NCBI GenBank assembly: GCA_045105515.1
Contig: JBGCDR010000003.1
Location: 1 to 45,646, forward strand
Direction of reading: 5' to 3'
DNA: 45,646 bases
From: Oligoflexales bacterium
GTDB lineage: Bacteria > Bdellovibrionota_B > Oligoflexia > Oligoflexales > Bog-1112
In this document: positions 8,442-18,264 of the stretch, in pieces
Position numbering within the stretch: position 1 is the first letter of the stretch
Layout: every line of letters begins with the position of its first letter
Translations under genes and position numbers: made by a program
Notes under the pieces: model-generated
Database searches by the model: none
Told to the model about the DNA's origin: nothing
What the model saw: the letters and a program-made list of their open reading frames with translations, nothing else

Positions 8442-9902
8442 CTATTCTTCGTGAGGGAGGCGTTCGTGAAATGAAATGAATTTTTTGTATGGATTGTAAA
8501 AGCGCAGATTGGTCACTTGTGAACTATAGATGCATGCATAGTTACTCACTTGGTTTGCGAATCGAGAACGTTTTAAACCCACCTTCATTAATTCTCCCCA
8601 AATTGGATGGAACTTTGAATCCCGTTCATCAATAAGATCTTTTATAGATTTTTCTAGCTGTTTAAGTTGATTTTTTTTGCTCTCTAGTTTTTCGGTCAGT
8701 TTAATATTTGCTAATTCCATGCTCTGAACTTTCTTCTCATCATTTTTTAAGTTGGCTTTCTGAGATTGCCTTTTGTTAGCAGCAAAGATTGATCTAATTT
8801 TCTGCAATTCTTCATCCAATTTTTCTCGATCATCGAGTTTAAGGTTGATCTCTCTGGTAAACCTTTTGACTTCATCATACTTTGGCAACTCTAGATTGAG
8901 CTCTTCTACTACTAGCATGGTCCTCCAATTAAACAATCCTTTCGATTGGATAATGTCCCCATATATATGATCGCCAACATATAATATTTCATCACCATTA
9001 TATCCGGTTAGCTGTTCAAAAGTCTTAGCATTTCCACCGTAATAAATTTTAGATGGATCTAGATCTCCACTGTGGATTTTTAATAGCCCGGACTCTTCGA
9101 TGACTTCAAAGAAAGGTTGGCTACCATTAAAAAATCCTGGCTTGCCTGCTCCAACTATTGTGTACTGCCAATAATCTTTCCAATTCAGGAATTCGTTATG
9201 TTCATCAGTAAGCAAATAGCTCATGATTACATTGGTATAGCTATAATGAGAATTAGTTAGTAAGAAAAGTTTTTTTCCAGCATCTAGCAAGCGTACGAGG
9301 GTAGTCGCTAGGTAGCGATCGCGGTAAATATACTTTTCAGGGTCATTGAGAACCTTACTTTTGATTGTCCCATCCCTATGACTGAGGTCTATAAACTTCC
9401 TTAAGTCTGAATAAACCTGTGCATATGATTTATCAATTTTACCGGGGTTTTTGTTCATGTAATCGACTATTTCGATAAATAGTTGAACTTCGCTAAGTGC
9501 GAAAAAAGTATCTACTGAAAGAAAGTCTTGGGCCCTAATACTATGTTTATTATATAGTGAGTATCGTTCATTTTTAGTTAGTCTTGTATGACCATGATAT
9601 GCATCTTTGACGTACTTGTGACCATCAACTCTAAGAATATTTCCCCGTTCCCGATCTACTATAAGACCTCTAATTGCATAGTCTTTTTTGAACGTAAGAG
9701 AAGATAGCTCTTCTGGGTAACCATCAGCGATAAACTTTTTCAAAGTTTCCTGAAAAGCTAAGCTCTCAAAAGTTTGATGATATGGCGCAAGAGTATGGTC
9801 CATATCAAATCCAATGAGTTTAATATGGCCAAAATTTAGTGATCGGTTAACAAATATTCTATTTTTGTTCTGGATGCCTGTCTTGGGGTGTGATTCTTTC
9901 AC
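8442..9902 (-). CDS. HAD-IG family 5'-nucleotidase (cN-II/NT5C2-like)
   Basis: IFVNRSL, GFDMDHTL (motif I), LLTNS, KPGFF and YVGDHIYGDI. Coiled-coil insert near the C-terminus. Confidence 0.92.
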   Translation of the reverse strand: MKESHPKTGIQNKNRIFVNRSLNFGHIKLIGFDMDHTLAPYHQTFESLAFQETLKKFIADGYPEELSSLTFKKDYAIRGLIVDRERGNILRVDGHKYVKDAYHGHTRLTKNERYSLYNKHSIRAQDFLSVDTFFALSEVQLFIEIVDYMNKNPGKIDKSYAQVYSDLRKFIDLSHRDGTIKSKVLNDPEKYIYRDRYLATTLVRLLDAGKKLFLLTNSHYSYTNVIMSYLLTDEHNEFLNWKDYWQYTIVGAGKPGFFNGSQPFFEVIEESGLLKIHSGDLDPSKIYYGGNAKTFEQLTGYNGDEILYVGDHIYGDIIQSKGLFNWRTMLVVEELNLELPKYDEVKRFTREINLKLDDREKLDEELQKIRSIFAANKRQSQKANLKNDEKKVQSMELANIKLTEKLESKKNQLKQLEKSIKDLIDERDSKFHPIWGELMKVGLKRSRFANQVSNYACIYSSQVTNLRFYNPYKKFISFHERLPHEE

Positions 9903-9923
9903 GTGGTTTTTTCTCCGGGAAGA

Positions 9924-10514
9924 TTAAAAGAATTTGATACCAACTTGAATAGATTTTTCGCGTTTTAAATTCATTAATTTACGAATGTAAATAATCTCTC
10001 CGCTATGACTAGTATGCTCTGCATTATCTATGAGTATCTTAATTTCTGGAAGATGAGTTTTGGCCTTAAAAAGTTCTGATTCAAAGTAATTGCGAATTGA
10101 AACCCCAGAAGCAGACAAATCAATGACAGGTTTACGTAAAATGGTTTGCATATCATAGGGATTTAAAATCTCACAAAAAACTTTTTGGTCGTCCGAAAAA
10201 GAGAATCTCTGCTCCTGCCTTATATCTTTTAAAAGGCTAGCATGTTTGATTGGAAAAAGAATATGTTCTCCGTCAGATTCTATTTTTTCACAGTGAAACC
10301 TGTGGGTTGAGATCTGTAAGAAATAGTTTTTTGAATCCATGATTGCTTTGATGTATTCAGGTGAAACGGCGTTAAACACCGTGAAATGATTTTTGGTTTG
10401 TGCAATTATTCGGGTCTGAAATGTGATAGGAACGTTTTTTGTAGTAAAGTAAACGGAATCCTTTTTTTGGATTGCTTTTTTTACAAGCATAAAAGTTTTT
10501 TCATCTAATTCCAT
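9924..10514 (-). CDS. PilZ-domain protein
   Basis: RQEQR (RxxxR) and DLSASG (DxSxxG) motifs, C-terminal VGIKF. Confidence 0.8.
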   Translation of the reverse strand: MELDEKTFMLVKKAIQKKDSVYFTTKNVPITFQTRIIAQTKNHFTVFNAVSPEYIKAIMDSKNYFLQISTHRFHCEKIESDGEHILFPIKHASLLKDIRQEQRFSFSDDQKVFCEILNPYDMQTILRKPVIDLSASGVSIRNYFESELFKAKTHLPEIKILIDNAEHTSHSGEIIYIRKLMNLKREKSIQVGIKFF

Positions 10515-11754
10515 GATATTCTATCCTTTTTGGTATGGACCTCTTGGCTAATTTAGTAGTATTTAATAGCGATTTTTTATAATTAGGTACCGAATAAGTC
10601 CAATTTAACCTTCCTTCAAGGTGTTTCAATGTTTTTGAAGGTATGTTGGGGTTGTGATTACGAGAGAGAAAAATAGAAACATTTATTTGGTTATTATTGT
10701 CTAGTTGATATCTTGGAGTAAATCCAAAGAAATTAATTGTTTCATGTCGAGTACGTGTAGCCAATGCATTTTGATGTTCTGAAAAAAATATACTTTTTTG
10801 CAGATATAGGTCTTTTAAGATTCCAATTGATGCGTGTATGCTTATTCGTTTATTGATTCTTGAAATACCTGAAAAAGTAAAACCGATACGCTTAAAGTCT
10901 TCTAAAGGATCATTAAGTCTTTGATCTTCTCTAAATAGGTCAATTTCAACATAGTTATATGGAAGTGGTTTATACTGATAAACAAGTCCATAACTTACCC
11001 TGGGAACCTTAGTACTGAAATAATAAGATTGATAGGATTGTTCAGGTTGAAGATTGTAATATTTCTTGAAAAAGTCAAAATAAATTTTCAAACTATAAGC
11101 ATAGTTAATAGACCATAAAAATTGTGGCTTTATTTCTGCCCAATCGTTAAGCAAATAGGCTTTATTTGTGTGGAAATCGTCGTTATTTTTAATAATATAG
11201 CTACTTCCAGCTAATCTGATCTTTTTAGTAATCCAAAGTAAAAATGAAATATTTGGATGCAATGATGTTTTAGAGTTTAGGAACACCCTATGCTCTCTCT
11301 CTAGCAGATCTGCATTCTTCAAGAGTTGGCCAAAAGCACTAAAAGGCCTGCGAATATAATCTGTTAAACTATCATTATCAGTATACCACTCTTGCGAGTA
11401 TTGGTAAGCTCCAGCAGCGGTCGTTCTATAAAAGTTAAAAGGTCCAAACTCAATTCCAACTTGTGAATGTAAAGCTTCCTGTTCTTTAATGTGGCCTCGA
11501 AATTGATCTTTTGCTGTAGGTAAACTACCTTGAAACTTAGAATATATCATTCCTAAGCCTACTTCGACGTTGCTTATGGGAATGAGCTCTTGGAGTGAAC
11601 AGCATGCTGCGGTACCCTTTTTAGGAGGTTTGATTGCTATATAAGGGTCCTCTAGTGAAAGTCGCGATGATTTACTGTCTTCAATTTGAGCATATAATGG
11701 AAGACAAGTATGGAAAAACAAAAATCCAATCAAAGCGGATATGTTTGTAAACAT
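10501..11754 (-). CDS. Hypothetical exported protein, probable outer-membrane beta-barrel
   Basis: Signal peptide from ATG 11754 (MFTNISALIGFLFFHTCLPLYA), a start that removes the overlap with the divergent gene. Aromatic-rich amphipathic strands. Confidence 0.55.
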   Translation of the reverse strand: MFTNISALIGFLFFHTCLPLYAQIEDSKSSRLSLEDPYIAIKPPKKGTAACCSLQELIPISNVEVGLGMIYSKFQGSLPTAKDQFRGHIKEQEALHSQVGIEFGPFNFYRTTAAGAYQYSQEWYTDNDSLTDYIRRPFSAFGQLLKNADLLEREHRVFLNSKTSLHPNISFLLWITKKIRLAGSSYIIKNNDDFHTNKAYLLNDWAEIKPQFLWSINYAYSLKIYFDFFKKYYNLQPEQSYQSYYFSTKVPRVSYGLVYQYKPLPYNYVEIDLFREDQRLNDPLEDFKRIGFTFSGISRINKRISIHASIGILKDLYLQKSIFFSEHQNALATRTRHETINFFGFTPRYQLDNNNQINVSIFLSRNHNPNIPSKTLKHLEGRLNWTYSVPNYKKSLLNTTKLAKRSIPKRIEYHGIR

Positions 11755-11768
11755 TTTAACTTGAGAAA

Positions 11769-12674
11769 TTGGTTGATATGGCACTGCTTTTATCCAATAA
11801 GCTTGATTCAATAGATTGCCTCAATACCCCGGCAAGTTTCTTTTTGGGCTTACATTTATCTGGCTCAAATTCCCAAAGGACCGCTGCAGTTATTCTAAAT
11901 CTTGATAAAACTCAGAAGATCCCTGAGATAGGAGGAGTATATGAGAAGATTGGCTCGATTGGCAGTATATTTTCTGATGAGCGTCTGCTCACGATTATTG
12001 TCAATACCGACTTAGAGCGAGAAATATTCACCGATGTACCTTTGAGTCTACCACCTTGCGGGCTTTGTGAGCGGCCTGTTTGCCCTGGAGTTATTGAATG
12101 CCATGATTTAGCTGTTGCATACATGTTGAAGCTAAGTCAATCTAATCGGACGTTAAAGAAGGGGCGAAAGAAACGACCGATCAACCCACAGAGTCAGAGG
12201 CTTTGGGATGTAGCACATTTAGATGATGACAGATTTAGAGGGATTGATTTGTCTTATAATTCCGGAAAATCCTCCCCCAATATTCGGATAAAAGCTTTTA
12301 AAAAACGATTGCTTGCCCTTCAGAAACAACATGAACTTTTAGAGACATCGGTGCCGCATGTTTTGGCAGTGTTAGCCTCAAACTTTGGGCTTTCTAAGGA
12401 AAGTTGTTTGAATTATCGATGCTTCGAAAATGGATCTTTGCACCGAGAAAAAATTTTTGCTGAATTAGTAGCGAGATCTTGGATTAAACCCAGTACTGGT
12501 GAACTGGAGGAACGAATTTCGCATTCAGTGGATGTTTTTCATGCATTTATCTGTTCTTTAGTAAACACATTTTATCATCAAAAAATGCTAACGAAGCCAC
12601 CTGATGAAGTTTATACTTCGCAAGGATGGATCTATCTTCCTCATATAGATGCAATACCTCAGTACTCAGGTTAG
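11769..12674 (+). CDS. DUF429-like RNase H-fold protein with Cys cluster
   Basis: FLGLHLSG, TDVPLSLP, LLETSVPH and DVFHAFIC segments, plus CxxC-xxx-CP...C. Start is uncertain (11769 or 11778). Confidence 0.55.
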   Translation: MVDMALLLSNKLDSIDCLNTPASFFLGLHLSGSNSQRTAAVILNLDKTQKIPEIGGVYEKIGSIGSIFSDERLLTIIVNTDLEREIFTDVPLSLPPCGLCERPVCPGVIECHDLAVAYMLKLSQSNRTLKKGRKKRPINPQSQRLWDVAHLDDDRFRGIDLSYNSGKSSPNIRIKAFKKRLLALQKQHELLETSVPHVLAVLASNFGLSKESCLNYRCFENGSLHREKIFAELVARSWIKPSTGELEERISHSVDVFHAFICSLVNTFYHQKMLTKPPDEVYTSQGWIYLPHIDAIPQYSG

Positions 12675-12773
12675 GATTTTTGCCTACTTTTAAACATTCT
12701 TATTCAAAAGTTATTTCAACTTATTTCTAAAAATTCCAAAATCTAGGTAAGCATTTCCTTCACTATAGGTATT

Positions 12774-12800
12774 TTAAGGTCACGTTCTCATGGCCGATGA
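12774..12800 (+). promoter_or_regulatory. Sigma28/FliA-type promoter
   Basis: TTAA-N15-GCCGATGA upstream of the GAGGAGG RBS of the phosphatase gene. Confidence 0.55.
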
Positions 12801-12826
12801 GACGTAGTGAAACAGAGGAGGAAGAC

Positions 12827-13558
12827 TTGCGTATACTTATGGCCGGAGCAACCAATAAAGGCCGCACGAGGAAAACGAATCAAGATAGCATTTTCTATGA
12901 TCAACAAATGGGAGTAGGAATCGTTGCAGATGGGATAGGTGGGCGCAAAGGTGGAGAGATTGCTTCAAGCATGGCTGTTAGTCATGTTAGAAATGCCATT
13001 AAAGATTCCCGCTTGATAAAGCACGATGAAGTAAGACCTTTTATGATCAATGCTATTGATAATGCAAACCTAGCTATTATTGCTAGAGGAGAGCATGATC
13101 CCACTTTTGCTGGAATGGGAACTACCTTAGAAAGCTTATTATTCTTAAATGATAGGTTATACCTCGCTCATGTAGGTGATTCCCGTACTTATTTGTATTT
13201 TAAGGCAAATTTATGGCAAATGACTCTAGACCATAATGTGCAGAACTTTCTCGAACGAGGTTGGTTAAAGACAGGGAGTTTACCACAAGACTGGAAAGGA
13301 CATGCTTTAGTAAGAGCTCTAGGTTTGGCTGGGCATTGCGATATTGATGTTTATCATAAAACCATCAAGCCTGGTGAAATCTATATAACAGCTTCTGATG
13401 GACTTTTTGACATGGTATCTGATCATGAAATTTGTCACTTGGTCAAAAGCTATTATAATGACTTAAAAAAATTACCGGAAATTTTAATTAATGAAGCAAA
13501 TCGTAAAGGTGGGAAAGACAATATTACTGTACTGATTTGCAAGGTTGTAGAGGGATAA
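12827..13558 (+). CDS. PP2C-family Ser/Thr protein phosphatase (Stp1/PrpC-like)
   Basis: RKTNQD, VADGIGG, GMGTT, AHVGDSR, ASDGL and GGKDNIT. Start is likely TTG 12827 after GAGGAGG (the ORF track gives 12797). Confidence 0.92.
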   Translation: MRILMAGATNKGRTRKTNQDSIFYDQQMGVGIVADGIGGRKGGEIASSMAVSHVRNAIKDSRLIKHDEVRPFMINAIDNANLAIIARGEHDPTFAGMGTTLESLLFLNDRLYLAHVGDSRTYLYFKANLWQMTLDHNVQNFLERGWLKTGSLPQDWKGHALVRALGLAGHCDIDVYHKTIKPGEIYITASDGLFDMVSDHEICHLVKSYYNDLKKLPEILINEANRKGGKDNITVLICKVVEG

Positions 13559-14901
13559 TGGCAAAGAAACTCTATTTAGTGCGGAGAAATCTAGAAACCA
13601 TTTTTGGGCCTATGAACTTTGAACAGTTTAAAGATGGTTTTGAACATATGGAGTTTGGGCTCCAGGATGAGATTGCGAGTCATTGCTCAAAATGGGTTTT
13701 TTTGGAAAACACCAGAGTCTTAAAAAGAAAATACCCAGAAATTCATGAATATGTGTACCAAAATTTGCGCACTTGGAGTGATGGACTCCAGAATAAGATA
13801 TACGATACACGTAATAATCGGCCACCTCCTGTGAAGAAAACCAATAAGATGTGGATTCCCGTTGTTTTGTTGCTGCTTGTGTTTGGTGGGTATTTTATTC
13901 ACAAGGAAGGCTTACTAAATAATATCCAAGTAGGTAGGTCTAAAAATTTTACGGTTATCGATGCAAATAAGCTCCTGAAGGAAGACAAGATTTCATTGTT
14001 GGAAGAAAAAATGAAATCTAATATCCAAAATATACTAACTAGAAATAAGGGATCAGATATTTACGAATGGCTTCCAATCATTCGCTGGTATGCTTATCAC
14101 AAAGATGGAGAGGTAACAGGCGTACCTCCACAGTTTTTGAAGGGCACAGTCGATGAAATCTCTCCGGATAACTGTTCTATAAAATCTTTAAGGGATATGT
14201 TTTTTGATAGTATCCCACAATGGCGAGAATTCATAATTCGCAGGCAACTAGTAGATGGAAATTGGGCTAAAATACTTGCATGGGATCCTCATTGGGTTAA
14301 GAGGAGAACCCAAGCCGGCTGGGTCAAACCTGAAAGCTATTTTGGTGCATGCGTCTACATGGGGTTAAAGGTTTTTTACAGTATTTCAAGTGATCAAGAG
14401 TTCATGGCACGGGTAAACAGTGTTTACAAGGACAGTAGTAATTTTTTCATACATACTATTAAAAACAGGCTTGCATGGCTTTCATATATTATAAATGGAA
14501 CGACAAAACCAAATCTCAATTTTGATAGAAAACAAACTGATTTGATTTCGATTTGGTCTTGTATGGAGAATTCTTTAGGTGTTGGAGAATTAAATAGATG
14601 TTATGAATTTGATGGAAGTCGTGGAGTTGAATGGAAAGCATATACTGACTATCGTTATTTGTTTAATTTAGTGAAACCTCTGATGTTCGATGAACAAACT
14701 GGACCGACGTTACTAAATCAATTTGATGAGCGGATTCTGAGTTTGATTAAAAATTCAGATCCTTTTACTAAGCTTGATATCCGAGCAGAGCTTAGTTTTC
14801 TTAGGCATTACTTAAAAGAGAAAGGTGACGTTTATAAAAGCCTGCAAAGAGTAAGAGTTGAGTTTATAGATGTGGATCTAACCCGTTCCTACCAATGGTA
14901 A
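13558..14901 (+). CDS. Membrane-anchored hypothetical protein with N-terminal GYF_2-like domain
   Basis: YLVRRNLETIFGPMNFEQF...DEI...W pattern and a single TM helix. ATG overlaps the PP2C stop (TAATG). Confidence 0.65.
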   Translation: MAKKLYLVRRNLETIFGPMNFEQFKDGFEHMEFGLQDEIASHCSKWVFLENTRVLKRKYPEIHEYVYQNLRTWSDGLQNKIYDTRNNRPPPVKKTNKMWIPVVLLLLVFGGYFIHKEGLLNNIQVGRSKNFTVIDANKLLKEDKISLLEEKMKSNIQNILTRNKGSDIYEWLPIIRWYAYHKDGEVTGVPPQFLKGTVDEISPDNCSIKSLRDMFFDSIPQWREFIIRRQLVDGNWAKILAWDPHWVKRRTQAGWVKPESYFGACVYMGLKVFYSISSDQEFMARVNSVYKDSSNFFIHTIKNRLAWLSYIINGTTKPNLNFDRKQTDLISIWSCMENSLGVGELNRCYEFDGSRGVEWKAYTDYRYLFNLVKPLMFDEQTGPTLLNQFDERILSLIKNSDPFTKLDIRAELSFLRHYLKEKGDVYKSLQRVRVEFIDVDLTRSYQW

Positions 14902-14910
14902 GCTTTAGCT

Positions 14911-15780
14911 TCATAAACTATTCATATTTTTGAGATCTAAACTTTTTTTAGTAACTTTGTCTGCAAATACCTCTCCGCAGTGGCTTGGCAACAGCTCAAT
15001 TTCTTTAGCTTCTTTATAGAGGTTGTGCAAAGCTCCAAGCGATTCAAGATAAGCTCTCCTTGAGTCCATGATTAGATAGCTAGGCAATGCTGGTAGCTTA
15101 AATTCCCTGATAGATCTACTCATCCAACATGCATCACCAACTAAAAAATGCTTTTTTGATCCGGAATCTACCAGCAAGCCAGAGTGGCCGCACGTGTGAC
15201 CAGGAATTGGGACTGCAAACATGCTGCGGTCTGAAAAAAGATCCCAGGATCGAAACCCATGTAGATTGGTAGTCTCTTCATCTAATTTTTCGCCCATTTC
15301 TTCATAAAAAAGCACTCGTTGCTCAAAATTTTTAGGAATCAGGCTTGGGAGTACACCTCTGACTAGAGTGCTGAAACGACTGCGATTTTTGATGTCAAGC
15401 CAAGCTTCTTTAGAAACGATGAACTGGGCCCCTGGAAAGTCTTTTAGAGCTGCGATGTGATCAGCATGAAAATGAGATATAAAAATGTAATCGATTTCTT
15501 TTGGCTTCACACCTAAACTATTTAGTTTATTTATTGCAAGATCTTGTTCTGTCACCTCAACTGGTGTCAAAAGAGCATATAGGCGCTCAGGAAAATTTTT
15601 GGTTGCATCATGAAACCTTTGAGAGTAACCAGTATCAAACAGTATGTGACCTTGTTTTGGATGGTAGATATAGAAAAACAATGAAGGAAATTTAACCGTT
15701 TTAAATCGCCCATCATTTATAACCATTCGTTCAAGGTGTAGGCAGTACCCACCATCTAAGGTTACCACATCAATTTTCAT
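14911..15780 (-). CDS. MBL-fold metallo-hydrolase (AHL-lactonase-like subgroup)
   Basis: LFDTG, SHFHADH, PGHTCGH, VGDA and PSH. Confidence 0.9.
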   Translation of the reverse strand: MKIDVVTLDGGYCLHLERMVINDGRFKTVKFPSLFFYIYHPKQGHILFDTGYSQRFHDATKNFPERLYALLTPVEVTEQDLAINKLNSLGVKPKEIDYIFISHFHADHIAALKDFPGAQFIVSKEAWLDIKNRSRFSTLVRGVLPSLIPKNFEQRVLFYEEMGEKLDEETTNLHGFRSWDLFSDRSMFAVPIPGHTCGHSGLLVDSGSKKHFLVGDACWMSRSIREFKLPALPSYLIMDSRRAYLESLGALHNLYKEAKEIELLPSHCGEVFADKVTKKSLDLKNMNSL

Positions 15781-15783
15781 AGT

Positions 15784-16779
15784 TTATCCTTGCTGTAGTG
15801 AGGTATACCATTTTGCATACCTATATGCGCCTTCTTCAACACTGACAGAAGGGGCATAACCAAGAAGATCTCGAGCTTTTGCTATATTTAAGGTTTGACT
15901 AAATGAAAATAGTCCGACCGTATAGCAGGTTAATGGTGGCTCAGATTGTTTAAATAAATTGCGATACAATACCTCCAAAAATTTTGCGCCAGTATAACCA
16001 AAGGAGAATGGGATATATTTGGGTTTAAAAGTCAGATTCAAGTTTTTAAACAACTTACTTAAATAGGCACTCAGTGCCACTGGCTCACCATTGGTGATAT
16101 TATAGATTTGATTGCACGCCCTCGACTCTGCTTCTAGGCTGTTAAAAATAGCAGAAACAACATTGTCTACATAGGTGAGATCTATCTCGATATCGTGCTT
16201 AAAAAAAACAGGAAAAAACCCAAGTGAGTTAGCTCTAATGATCCTTGGAATGATGGCTTGGTCTCCAGGTCCAAAAATAGCCCGAGGTCTTAGGGTTATG
16301 ATTTCTAACCCATTGGCAGAAAAGGACTCTAGCTCTTTTTCTGCCAAAAGTTTTGTGTGCGCGTAATGATTGACAGGCCTTGACGGTAAATCGGAGTTTT
16401 CTTTTAAGTCAAATTGATGCTTGTATTGGAAGTAAATGCTTGGTGAGGATATATGGACAAAGCGTTTGATTTTATGTTCTAGGGCTAGTTTTGCCAGGAA
16501 TTTGGTGCCCAGTACATTGGCGCTATAATGGTCCTCAAAGCTGCCCCAGGGTGAAGAGTATGCTGCACAATGGCATATCATATCAACTTTAGGAAATACC
16601 TCCTTGAGGTCTTTTTCATCACTTATGTTAGTGGCAATAAATCGACCACCTGCAGCAGTTATTTTTTTGCCAATCTCTTTATTGCGTCCAATACCAATAA
16701 CATCATAACCTTTTGCTTTTGCCTGTTTAAATAAACGTAGTCCCAAGAAGCCAGTAATTCCGGTTATCAGTAAGCGCAT
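15784..16779 (-). CDS. NAD-dependent epimerase/dehydratase, 3-beta-HSD-like extended SDR
   Basis: TGITGFLG, HISSPSIY, YAHTK (YxxxK) and LRPRAIFGPGD. Confidence 0.9.
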   Translation of the reverse strand: MRLLITGITGFLGLRLFKQAKAKGYDVIGIGRNKEIGKKITAAGGRFIATNISDEKDLKEVFPKVDMICHCAAYSSPWGSFEDHYSANVLGTKFLAKLALEHKIKRFVHISSPSIYFQYKHQFDLKENSDLPSRPVNHYAHTKLLAEKELESFSANGLEIITLRPRAIFGPGDQAIIPRIIRANSLGFFPVFFKHDIEIDLTYVDNVVSAIFNSLEAESRACNQIYNITNGEPVALSAYLSKLFKNLNLTFKPKYIPFSFGYTGAKFLEVLYRNLFKQSEPPLTCYTVGLFSFSQTLNIAKARDLLGYAPSVSVEEGAYRYAKWYTSLQQG

Positions 16780-17076
16780 GTTGTTTGCTTCCTTTCAGTG
16801 AGCTTTAGTTTGGTAAAACTCTATTCCCTTCACTCAAGCACAAATTAACTGAATTCAAATAAAAAAAATATAAAGTTTTATTGATGGCATAATGGCCACT
16901 AAGCCTATAATAATCGGATGCATACTGACCGAATAGCCAGTTTTCAATTTGCTGGGATCAGAATTTCGTTGTTTGTAATGACGATAGCTGCTATCACTGC
17001 ATTTTTGCTGCCAAAAAAATTACCAGTGTAACTCTTTGGTGGGTTGAAATTTTTATTAAGAGAAAGAAACCTCAGT

Positions 17077-18249
17077 ATGAACGAAGATAGTGGAGACGGA
17101 AAGGTAAATATAGCTTCAATAGGAATGGCTATGTTTTCGATGTTTTTTGGGTCTGGAAATATCGTATTTCCAGTTCTGATTGGGCAGTATGCACAAAGTA
17201 TGTCCCTTTTTGCTATTTTCGGATTGTTAATAACAGCAGTTTTGGTGCCTTTTTGTGGTTTATTTGCTTTGTCTCTCTATGATGGTGACTATATAAAATT
17301 TTTCTCGAGACTTGGGGTGATTCCTGGTTGGGTCGTTGTTTCCATGATCATGGCGTTGATTGGACCTTTTGCAGTTATTCCCAGATGCATTGTAATCTCA
17401 TATGGTGCTGTAGATAGCTTAGTTCCCGGGCTTGATCTTGTGACTTTTAGTGGGCTTAGTGTGATCATAGTTTTCTTGTGCACTATTAATCGGAGCAAAA
17501 TATTGGATATTTTGGGTCTAGTCCTTACCCCAATTTTGCTGCTTTCCTTGGTAACGATTATTATCAAAGGTTTATTTTTCCCTGGTGGCATTCCAGATCA
17601 ATCTTCTTTGTCAGGATCAGAGGCTTTTTTCCATGGCCTCATTGAAGGCTATAATACTATGGATCTATTTGCTGCGTTCATGTTTTCTAGTGTTGTTTTG
17701 AGTGGAATTAAAAAAATACGTCCCAATATCGAAAAACAGCCCAAGGAACTTCTTGGAGTCTATCTCAAAGCCAGCTCAATTGGTATGGGACTGTTGGCTG
17801 CTATCTACATTGGGATGTGTTTTGTTGCAGCAATCCATGGTAGTGGTTTGAAGCTTAGTTCACCAGACAAGGCTTTAGGTGAGCTTGTATTGCAGATTCT
17901 TGGCTCCTATGCAGGTTTGGTTGTATGTGCAGCCGTTTCCTTGGCGTGTTTGACTACTGCTATCTCCCTTACGGTTGTTTTTTCTGAGTTTATGGCGAAG
18001 CATGTTTCAAGGGATCGAATATCTTATCGTTGGATGTTGGTTGGAACCTTGATTATCTCTTTTGTGGTTTCAACCCTGAGATTCGAAGGGATTCAAGGGA
18101 TCGTAGTTCCTATCTTAAAGCTGAGTTTGCCTTCATTGATGGTGTTTACAGGCTTGAACTTAGCTAATAGATTCTATGGTTTTAAGCCTGTGAAGTCTAT
18201 TGTTTTAGGAACTTTGTTAACTACTGCCTTATACCAACTCTACTTTTGA
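17077..18249 (+). CDS. brnQ: Branched-chain amino acid:cation symporter BrnQ (LIVCS)
   Basis: FSMFFGSGNIVFP, IGPFAVIPR, GYNTMDLFAAF and LACLTTAI, with about 12 TM segments. ATG 17077 is preferred over TTG 17044. Confidence 0.9.
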   Translation: MNEDSGDGKVNIASIGMAMFSMFFGSGNIVFPVLIGQYAQSMSLFAIFGLLITAVLVPFCGLFALSLYDGDYIKFFSRLGVIPGWVVVSMIMALIGPFAVIPRCIVISYGAVDSLVPGLDLVTFSGLSVIIVFLCTINRSKILDILGLVLTPILLLSLVTIIIKGLFFPGGIPDQSSLSGSEAFFHGLIEGYNTMDLFAAFMFSSVVLSGIKKIRPNIEKQPKELLGVYLKASSIGMGLLAAIYIGMCFVAAIHGSGLKLSSPDKALGELVLQILGSYAGLVVCAAVSLACLTTAISLTVVFSEFMAKHVSRDRISYRWMLVGTLIISFVVSTLRFEGIQGIVVPILKLSLPSLMVFTGLNLANRFYGFKPVKSIVLGTLLTTALYQLYF

Positions 18250-18264
18250 TTCTCGATGTTACTT

